Source of the DNA: Candidatus Poribacteria bacterium | GTDB taxonomy: Bacteria > Poribacteria > WGA-4E > WGA-3G | DNA length: 64,000 bases | Direction of reading: 5' to 3' | Assembly: GCA_965198235.1 (NCBI GenBank) | Contig: OZ240248.1 | Span: 3,488,001-3,552,000, forward strand | Shown here: positions 56,904 to 64,000 of the stretch, piece by piece | How the letters are laid out: every line of letters starts with the position of its first letter | Numbering within the stretch: position 1 is the first letter of the stretch | Position numbers and translations under genes: made by a program | Notes under the pieces: generated by a model | Seen by the model: only the letters and a program-made list of their open reading frames with translations | What the model was told of the DNA's origin: nothing | Database searches by the model: none

Positions 56904-59543
56904 TTAAAAACCTAAAACTGCGGGTTCGTGCCCAAACACGACCTGACCGTTGGACATCAACGGTGCCTCGGTCGTTTCAGGATTTTCCGTATCAATCTGC
57001 CAGAGTTGCCCGTTATTCTCATACAGGACCCAGCGTCCCTCCGGCGGTATCCATACCGGATGCGAGCCACCTTTTTGCGTTAACTGCCGCTCCGTCGGCA
57101 TACCCTCATCTGAGTAGGTGGTGAGCCAAATCTGTTGATAGGTGCCTTCTGTTCGCGTGAACGCCAACTGGTTCGGATTCGCGGGTGACCATGTCGGTTC
57201 CGCATCATCAGCAGGAGATACGACAATCGGTTCCACACTTGTTGTCACTTGGTCAAAAGCGTAAATGTTCCGGTTTTGTCCCGCGTCGTCCGGATTTTCG
57301 ATTGTTCCGGCTGTGACGTAAGCAAGCACTGTACCATCGCTGTTCCATGCAGGTGTGAAACTCTGTAGTGCCGTTGATGGCACAATAAACTCGGATTCGG
57401 TCGGAATATGTCGGACGACAACGCGACTCCGATTTCCATACTCAGGACGTGCATAGGCAACATATTCCGCATCGGGTGATATTGCCACATCTCTTGCCAT
57501 CTGTCGGCTGTCAAGTAACAGAGCACCGTTGAGTTGCTCACGACTCCGAACAATAACGTTTCCTTCCGTATCCTGAAAGATAAGTGTGCCATCGTTGGCG
57601 ACGGTTGGGTTATGCCCGACACCCAATGGCGCGTTGCTACCATCCGGGGTAAGTCCCCAGATTATATCGTCATAGGCAAAGTAGATATGCGCTGGTAATT
57701 GTTTTGGGGTAGGTGCCTCTTCTGAAATGATGCCTGCTTTCGGAGTAAAACGCTCTTCATTACCGAATTCCCAGCCTGCCCCGTTGGCTCGCCAGAGAAA
57801 ACCGATGCCCTTTGTCCAATATTTCCACTCTTCGTTCATGCGTCCATTACGGGTGAGCCTAAAGATATCTTCAGGTTCACCGTACTGTTTTTTGATTTCC
57901 CAACGTCCACCGTTCTCAATTTCTGCCATGTTCCCCTTTTCGTCGATGTAACTGGCAAGAATGTCGATATCAATATGTGCTGTTGTCTGTCCCGGAAACA
58001 CATTGACCGCAGTGGGTTCACCCCGCGCCGGACGACGCGTGCCGTATATTCCAACCCCATCGGTGATTCCCGTTGTTCCGTCATTGTTTGCGTCCATCAC
58101 CGCCATAACATAGTAGATACCCGGTAGGACGCTAACTTGATAACTACCGTCTCCCACCAGAGAAATTGGCATGGCGATCGGTGCGCTGAAATCAGGGCTA
58201 TAAGAGAGGATCAAAATTCCTTGTTGAACGGAATGTCCATCCCACATTATTCGTCCTGCGATCCTGCCTTGTTCGATGTGTGCTTCGATGCCGGGAGGGG
58301 CAGCGTGAAGATGTCCATTCGTGTCGTAACGCGCACTTATCACAAGTTCGATGTCGAGGTTCTCGCCTTCCCTAAGTACTATCGGAGCCGGCGGCTGTGT
58401 CGTGATGTCCACTGTCCCATAACCGCCCAAGCCGTCGCCATCACTGTATCTACCGTCTTTATTTGCATCGAAGTTAACGATAACGTAGTATTCTCCCGAT
58501 GGAAGCGCGATGCGGAATATACCGCCAGCCGCGGTTTCTCCGCTCGCAATCGGCGTGACCAAAGCCGATTCGGCGTATACTTCAACGCGTGCGGTTGCAT
58601 CTTCAGGAAGCGATACGTGCCCCGTCAGTATACTCGTATTTTCGGTCGATGTCTTTCTACGTGTCTGATAGGTCGCTGTAATCGCTATCTCAATATCTTC
58701 GGTGAACTTGTTCAGCGAGATTAGCACGGGCTCAGGAAATTCACCCCGCTTCCGCATATCTTCCACACCGTAGAACCCAAAGTCATCGCCTGTATCCAAT
58801 TTGTTCGTGTTGTTGTTGTCGACAATTGCCATCAGGTAGTACTTCCCGGGCAGTAGATTGAGTGTCCATGTCCCCGCGTCCGTCACTGGGGCGATACCGG
58901 CGCGATATTTCCACGATAGATCCGTATACGCGAGAATCAATGCTTTTCGGTTTCCAAGCGGAGCTTGAGGATTCACAGGACCTTGACCGACCCTGAGTGT
59001 GCCTTGGCACCCAGATGTCACGGTCCGCAAAGCCGTCTGGAATTGTTGTAATTGACTCGGTTCATATTGAGAAGTTGGAACGATTTTGAGGTTCCCGTTA
59101 ATGAATGTCGCGCGCGCCGTTATCGGAATCTCTAAACCCCGAATCTTCTGTCCGTTATCTACCTCGATTAACTCATACTTTTGCTCCTTGTCGTTCCAAT
59201 CGGAGATACCGAGGATACCCAAGCCGTCGCCCGCATCGAAGTTTCCCGATTTATCCACATCAACGTAGGCAACGATATAGTAGCGACCCGGTTCAACGCG
59301 GATCGTGAATTGTCCATCACCGAGTTGTGGTATCCCGCTGGTATACAACTCTTTGAGTTCCTCATCTCGGTAGACCGACACGCTCGTGTGGGATAGGTCC
59401 TGTCCTTCCCAAGTAACACTTCCTGATAGGGTCGCTGTCATCCTTCTGGTGGCGGCGTTTTCTTGGGCAGAAAGTTTCTGACAGAAAACCTCACCGATAA
59501 GCCCAATGCTGATGACGAGTAGTAACGGCATCAATCGTTTCAT
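56904..59543 (-). CDS. Large secreted protein: four beta-sandwich repeats with DxDxxG loops plus a TolB-like propeller
   Basis: Signal peptide; 4x (P/S)G.YY.....D.(D/N)......(G/T)D..G..G; C-terminal P.WS repeats. Confidence 0.8.
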   Translation of the reverse strand: MKRLMPLLLVISIGLIGEVFCQKLSAQENAATRRMTATLSGSVTWEGQDLSHTSVSVYRDEELKELYTSGIPQLGDGQFTIRVEPGRYYIVAYVDVDKSGNFDAGDGLGILGISDWNDKEQKYELIEVDNGQKIRGLEIPITARATFINGNLKIVPTSQYEPSQLQQFQTALRTVTSGCQGTLRVGQGPVNPQAPLGNRKALILAYTDLSWKYRAGIAPVTDAGTWTLNLLPGKYYLMAIVDNNNTNKLDTGDDFGFYGVEDMRKRGEFPEPVLISLNKFTEDIEIAITATYQTRRKTSTENTSILTGHVSLPEDATARVEVYAESALVTPIASGETAAGGIFRIALPSGEYYVIVNFDANKDGRYSDGDGLGGYGTVDITTQPPAPIVLREGENLDIELVISARYDTNGHLHAAPPGIEAHIEQGRIAGRIMWDGHSVQQGILILSYSPDFSAPIAMPISLVGDGSYQVSVLPGIYYVMAVMDANNDGTTGITDGVGIYGTRRPARGEPTAVNVFPGQTTAHIDIDILASYIDEKGNMAEIENGGRWEIKKQYGEPEDIFRLTRNGRMNEEWKYWTKGIGFLWRANGAGWEFGNEERFTPKAGIISEEAPTPKQLPAHIYFAYDDIIWGLTPDGSNAPLGVGHNPTVANDGTLIFQDTEGNVIVRSREQLNGALLLDSRQMARDVAISPDAEYVAYARPEYGNRSRVVVRHIPTESEFIVPSTALQSFTPAWNSDGTVLAYVTAGTIENPDDAGQNRNIYAFDQVTTSVEPIVVSPADDAEPTWSPANPNQLAFTRTEGTYQQIWLTTYSDEGMPTERQLTQKGGSHPVWIPPEGRWVLYENNGQLWQIDTENPETTEAPLMSNGQVVFGHEPAVLGF

Positions 59544-59654
59544 TTTTTATTCCTATACACCTGTTTCTTCTGTGTTGCTATTATAATGTTATTTTCAAAT
59601 TGTGGATAAAACGGTTTGGATTGCGGATCCCCTTGCTGACAGAAAGCCCTCTTC

Positions 59655-60200
59655 CTGTAGGAGCGAGCTCCAGCTCGCGATTATTCTTATCTTAGATGAT
59701 TATATGGTAACATACGCGGGCATAATTTGCAAGTGGCGAATATTTCCGTTGCAAAGCCGTTCAGTTCTTCCTTAATTTCGAGCTGCTGCTGGGCAAGTAC
59801 TTTGCTGTCAGAACACCTGTCAATCGCGACCGGTGGGACGGAACTCCAATTCCTGACTTGTAGGAGCGAGCTGTGCTCGCGATTCTCGCCGACTGCCGAC
59901 TGCGGACTGTTATTATAGGAGTGATCTCCGATTCCCGATTCTTACTGACGCTAATACAGTTTACCAAAAGTTTAGACGTTTGTAGTAGGATGATTGATCG
60001 CTCGTCAATTACAGGTAGTTGACGGTTTCCGATTGCTGATGGAGACGCTGCTGACAACTGATAACTCTCACTGTGAGGCAAACTAATAGCCTTAGGGCTA
60101 TTCAGTTTTCGGAAACCTTCTGTCGGTTCTGTGGCATAAATCGCGACCGGGAGGTCGCTCCTACAGCACGGTATCGGGATTTGGATATCCTTCCTACAGA
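59655..60200. repeat. Cluster of GTAG-REP palindromes and heptamer repeats
   Basis: CTGTAGGAGCGAGCTCCAGCTCGCGA (59655), TGTAGGAGCGAGCTGTGCTCGCGA (59859) and TCGCGACCGGGAGGTCGCTCCTACA (60141); CTGA/CCGA heptamers. Confidence 0.75.
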
Positions 60201-60370
60201 AAAACTAAATGGCTCTACTAACAACCAAAATAACATTTGCTTTTGCCCCAAATATATGTTATAATACTTTATAATTTACCTGTGCGGGTAGAAGCATAAT
60301 CTGTTTCCTGTTCTCAAGAGAATCTGCCCGTTTGAAACCTCAATTTGAATCTAAAGAGGAGCGATTGACC

Positions 60371-61138
60371 ATGAGAGTAAAAGTGTATTATATCTGTGCT
60401 GTCCTGCTGATGTTGAGCCTATCGACACCTGCAGTCTTCGCACAGGACGCGCAAGAAGAACATCTGGTTGGATGGTGGCTATTTGATAACCTCAAAGAGG
60501 AAACAGGCAACTGGGGAGATATTGAGCTCCAAGGTGCCAAAATTGAGAAGGGACAACTGGTTGTTGAAACCGGGAAATGGGCACATGCCCCTGAGTACGA
60601 AGGTCCCGATATCACGGAATTGACATTGGCGACCTGGGTCAGTTTGGACGACTACGCCAAGACGAATGGCTCTGCACTCACGCTGGATAAACTCAGCAAA
60701 GACCAGTTTCGCGCAATCGTCTGGGCTGAAAGGGTGGATAAACAATGGATGCCTGGGAGCAGCCATTTCCGACACACGAATGATTTCCCCGACGCAGTCA
60801 CTGAAAAGGAAACGGGCGAACTTGTTTTCCTTGTCATCACTTACAGGGATGCCAAAAACAATACCGAGATCACCGGCTACCGTAATGGCGTGAACCTTGG
60901 TAGTTTTGAAAAGGAACCCGTTGAAACCTGGCCGGCAGATGATGCTGAAGCAATTTGGGGGAAGCGGCACGTAAACGGACTTAATGGTCCCGGTGAACTT
61001 AATGCGCACATTGACGAATCCCGAATTTACAACGTCGCGTTGACAGAGGATGAAGTCCAAAGCCTGGAAGCAGGAACGCTTTCAGTCGAACCCCAGGGTA
61101 AACTCACTACTCAGTGGGCAAAGCTTAAAGTGAAATAA
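60371..61138 (+). CDS. Secreted LamG/concanavalin-like protein, paralog 1
   Basis: LVGWWLFD and IDESRIYNVALT motifs; tail VEPQGKLTTQWAKLK. Confidence 0.82.
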   Translation: MRVKVYYICAVLLMLSLSTPAVFAQDAQEEHLVGWWLFDNLKEETGNWGDIELQGAKIEKGQLVVETGKWAHAPEYEGPDITELTLATWVSLDDYAKTNGSALTLDKLSKDQFRAIVWAERVDKQWMPGSSHFRHTNDFPDAVTEKETGELVFLVITYRDAKNNTEITGYRNGVNLGSFEKEPVETWPADDAEAIWGKRHVNGLNGPGELNAHIDESRIYNVALTEDEVQSLEAGTLSVEPQGKLTTQWAKLKVK

Positions 61139-61144
61139 GTTTTG

Positions 61145-61196
61145 ATTATAGGGCGAAACCCAAGTGGATTCGCCCTATTTTAGATTAGGTTACCGG
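61145..61196 (+). terminator. Terminator hairpin, identical to 62031-62082
   Basis: ATAGGGCGAA-ACCCAAGTGGA-TTCGCCCTAT followed by TTT. Confidence 0.75.
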
Positions 61197-61255
61197 CCTT
61201 GAGGGAATCTGCCCGTTTGAAACCTCAACTTGAACCTAAAAAGGAGCAATTGACA

Positions 61256-62023
61256 ATGAGAGTAAAAGTGTATTATATCTGTGCTGTCCTGCTGATGTTG
61301 AGTCTATCAACACCCGCAGTCTTCGCACAAGACGCTCAAGCGGATAAGCTGCTTGGGTGGTGGTTATTTGATAGCGAAAAAGACGAGATCGGGAACTGGG
61401 ACGATATAGCTCTCCACGGTGCTGAACTCGAAGACGGTCAGCTGATTGTTGAGACCGGGAAATGGGCACACGCACTTGAATACAGCGGTCCCGATATCGA
61501 AGAGAAAACCCTGATGACATGGGTTGCTCTGGACAATCTCGCCGCAACGAAAGGCTCAGCACTCACGTTAGATAAAGCCACAGAGGACCAATTTAACGCG
61601 GTTGTCTATGCCGAACGCCAACCGAATCAATGGATGTCCGGAAGCAGTTGGTTCCATCGCACTGAGGATTTCCCAAAAGCGCACAACGAGAAGAAAGAGG
61701 GCGAAATGGTCTATTTAGCCTTCACTTACGAAGATAAGGGTGGAAGTTACAAGATAACTGGCTACCGAAACGGCAAGAGCCTTGGTAGTTATGAGAAGGG
61801 CGAAATTAAGACCTGGCCCACAGATGATGCCGAAGCAATTTGGGGAAAACGGCATACAAATGGGCTTGGTGGTCCCGGAGATCTCAACGCACACATTGAA
61901 GAATCCCGAATTTACTCCGTTGCGTTGACTGAAGCTGAAGTTAACGACATGGAAATCGGGACGCTTTCAGTTGACCCCAAAGGCAAACTCGCTACACAGT
62001 GGGCAAGGCTTAAAGCGAAATAA
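61256..62023 (+). CDS. Secreted LamG/concanavalin-like protein, paralog 2
   Basis: Same signal peptide as paralog 1; IEESRIYSVALT; tail VDPKGKLATQWARLK. Confidence 0.82.
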   Translation: MRVKVYYICAVLLMLSLSTPAVFAQDAQADKLLGWWLFDSEKDEIGNWDDIALHGAELEDGQLIVETGKWAHALEYSGPDIEEKTLMTWVALDNLAATKGSALTLDKATEDQFNAVVYAERQPNQWMSGSSWFHRTEDFPKAHNEKKEGEMVYLAFTYEDKGGSYKITGYRNGKSLGSYEKGEIKTWPTDDAEAIWGKRHTNGLGGPGDLNAHIEESRIYSVALTEAEVNDMEIGTLSVDPKGKLATQWARLKAK

Positions 62024-62030
62024 GTGCTTA

Positions 62031-62082
62031 ATTATAGGGCGAAACCCAAGTGGATTCGCCCTATTTTAGATTAGGTTACCGG
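62031..62082 (+). terminator. Terminator hairpin, duplicate copy
   Basis: 52 nt identical to 61145-61196. Confidence 0.75.
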
Positions 62083-62094
62083 TAGTTTCTGACC

Positions 62095-62781
62095 GTGATG
62101 GACGTTATGAAAAGCCGACTCACACTACTTCTGATGTGCATCAGTATCTATGCCGTTCCTCTTGCGACTGCTGAAGAGCACGTTTGGACATTTGACGACG
62201 ATGCGCACGATTGGATACCCGCGAACGGCAGCTGGGAAGTAGAAGAAGGCATCTATAAACAAACAATGCGCTGGGGTGAAGCACAGAAAGCATTAGTTAA
62301 CGGGGCAGTGTGGACAGACCACATGCTGGAAGCAAAGGTCCGTGTTGATGACGGACACTGGGGTGGTATCGTTTTCCGAGCACAAAATGAATTTGAGTAC
62401 TATGTGTACCTCATCTGCCCGAAAGAGAACAAGTCTGAATTGTGGCGACACCGGCGTAGTGCCGCCTTTAAAGACGGGTTTGAAGAGCGCGATGAAATCG
62501 AACACGACATTGAACCTATCGGGCTTACGATTACGCGCAACGAGTGGTTCACACTCCGCGTCGTCGTTGAAGGCAGTCGTATCGCAGTTGCTATTAACGA
62601 TATAGAACAGGGTGTCTTTTTTGATGACGCATATCTCTTTGGAAAAGTCGGTGTTTGGACGTGGGATACACAAGCCAGTTTTGATGATGTCACTGTGAAT
62701 GGCTCCACGACTGCCTCCCTTACGGCAATTGAACCCAGAGAGAAACTCGCGGTGTCGTGGGCAGCGTTAAAAAGAAAATAA
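62095..62781 (+). CDS. DUF1080 (3-keto-disaccharide hydrolase-like) secreted protein
   Basis: GSWEVEEG, GIVFRAQ, EWFTLRV and GKVGV...FDDV motifs; tail IEPREKLAVSWAALK. Confidence 0.8.
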   Translation: MMDVMKSRLTLLLMCISIYAVPLATAEEHVWTFDDDAHDWIPANGSWEVEEGIYKQTMRWGEAQKALVNGAVWTDHMLEAKVRVDDGHWGGIVFRAQNEFEYYVYLICPKENKSELWRHRRSAAFKDGFEERDEIEHDIEPIGLTITRNEWFTLRVVVEGSRIAVAINDIEQGVFFDDAYLFGKVGVWTWDTQASFDDVTVNGSTTASLTAIEPREKLAVSWAALKRK

Positions 62782-62910
62782 AGCACGCATCCCTAAAATC
62801 AAATGAACGTCCCTAACGTCAGTCCAATAACGTGAATTCAATAATAACAGGACTTACGCAAATTGAACAGAATCTCAACGCGTTTTTCAGGCGCACATAG
62901 GAGGAATTTC

Positions 62911-63378
62911 ATGGCAGATGTAGGAAGTGCTGCACCGGATTTCACGCTTACAGGTGCGGTTAACCAAGAAGATGTTGAAGTTTCATTGAGCGACTACACA
63001 GGTAAAAATGTAGTGGTTCTTTTCTATCCACTCGCTTTTTCCCCGGTCTGTGCTGAACAGGTGCCGGATTTCAACGAAAGTTTGTCAGCGATTCAAGCGA
63101 AAGATGCTGAAGTCATCGCAATCAATCGCGATTCAACGTTTGCCCATAAGGCATGGAGTGAGGTGCTGGGCGGTGTTGATTTCCCGCTCCTCGCAGATAT
63201 GAACCTTGCCGTTTCTAAGGAATTCGGTATGGCAATCGAAGAGGTCGGTATTACCACGCGTGGGGTCTTCATCATCGATAAGTCTGGAAACATCGCCTTC
63301 AAACACGTCGAAGCGGTGCCACCGGATAATACGCTGTCAGCTGAGCAAGTTCTGGACGAGCTGGACAAATTGCAATAG
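62911..63378 (+). CDS. Peroxiredoxin (AhpC/TSA, AhpE-like)
   Basis: APDFTL, FYPLAFSPVC and RGVFIIDK motifs; GGAGG RBS. Confidence 0.92.
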   Translation: MADVGSAAPDFTLTGAVNQEDVEVSLSDYTGKNVVVLFYPLAFSPVCAEQVPDFNESLSAIQAKDAEVIAINRDSTFAHKAWSEVLGGVDFPLLADMNLAVSKEFGMAIEEVGITTRGVFIIDKSGNIAFKHVEAVPPDNTLSAEQVLDELDKLQ

Positions 63379-63513
63379 GTATTCTGGAGTAACCGGGACC
63401 GTAAGCACGGTCCACGTGCCTCGACCATACGGAAAAGCGGGCATCTGGCGAAACTTGCAAACCGTGATTGTATACCATGCCAACGCCCGTTTTTCATTTT
63501 AATTTTGACAACA

Positions 63514-63542
63514 TTGACAATGCCAAACGGATATGGTATAAT
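63514..63542 (+). promoter_or_regulatory. Perfect sigma70 promoter of tRNA-Gly
   Basis: TTGACA-17 nt-TATAAT, 9 nt upstream of the tRNA. Confidence 0.85.
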
Positions 63543-63551
63543 ACCATTAAT

Positions 63552-63623
63552 GCGGGTGTAGCTCAGCGGTAGAGCGTCAGCTTCCCAAGCTGAGGGTCGC
63601 GGGTTCAATTCCCGTCACCCGCT
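63552..63623 (+). tRNA. tRNA-Gly(CCC), CCA not encoded
   Basis: Acceptor stem GCGGGTG/CACCCGC; anticodon arm TCAGC-TTCCCAA-GCTGA; T-loop GGTTCAATTCC. Confidence 0.97.
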
Positions 63624-63680
63624 TCAATATTTGCCCACTTGAAATATTTAACTGGAAATCGCCTGAAATTGAGGAAATCC

Positions 63681-64000
63681 ATGGCACGAGACCAACGATT
63701 AACGAAAGAAGAGATCCAAGAAGATAAATTTATTGAAGGACTTCTGAAAACCTACCAGTTCCTTAAAGAGAACCTGCGAACCATCGTCATTGTAGTGGGA
63801 GTAGTCCTTGTTGCTATCGCAGGCTATGCGGCATATTATCAGAATCAGGAGAGCCGCCGCACTGAAGCAACTATCGTACTGCGAGAAGCCACCGAAGCCT
63901 ATCGAACCGCCGAGCAGAGTCTTTTCGATGCAGATAAATTAGCGGAAAGTGAAGAATCTCTCACAACCTCACAGACGCAACTTCAACAGGTCTTTGAGAA
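63681..64000 (+). CDS. YfgM-like / TPR membrane protein, cut by the window end
   Basis: GAGG RBS; MARDQRLTKEEIQEDKF...single TM...AYYQNQESRRTEA, open to the window end. Confidence 0.7.
   Translation, partial: MARDQRLTKEEIQEDKFIEGLLKTYQFLKENLRTIVIVVGVVLVAIAGYAAYYQNQESRRTEATIVLREATEAYRTAEQSLFDADKLAESEESLTTSQTQLQQVFE

Noticed and set aside
442-62786. Numerous short ORFs overlapping the long genes on the opposite strand or in other frames
   Set aside because: They are shadow ORFs without family motifs, nested in well-supported genes.
63093-63608. 171-aa minus-strand ORF
   Set aside because: It is antisense to tRNA-Gly and the peroxiredoxin; its N-terminus is a typical tRNA shadow translation.
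63552-63623. tRNA-Gly as an integration site for an island
   Set aside because: No integrase and no duplicated tRNA 3' end were seen in the window.

Overview
A 64-kb stretch of bacterial chromosome, about 50% GC by eye, with mixed housekeeping and accessory genes. The gene content suggests Candidatus Poribacteria or a relative; this is an inference from PhyH, LamG and DUF1080 proteins ending in a 'V(E/D/S)PxxxLxxxWxxLK' tail, AAA/PD-(D/E)XK proteins, Uma2 and PorV-like barrels. Recognisable genes include an M16 peptidase pair, cstA, xylA, a plant-type thrC, scpAB, a tRNA nucleotidyltransferase, hisN, mrr, a Type ISP/IIG-like R-M gene, miaB, map, ccmC/D, a strikingly eukaryote-type NAD+ synthetase, a peroxiredoxin and tRNA-Gly(CCC). 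The most unusual signals are non-coding. (1) Three GTAG-type REP palindromes are interrupted at their central AGCT by related, modular A/C-rich inserts (15737-15857, 22204-22225, ~34137-34178). (2) A 415-bp protein-free IS200/IS605-type element has a perfect sigma70 promoter facing a structured ~320-nt RNA that ends in a TnpB-type right end (15221-15635). (3) Two ~245-bp REPIN-like elements have 71-73-nt loop arms that keep their length but diverge strongly in sequence. No CRISPR array, rRNA, integrase or transposase gene is visible.
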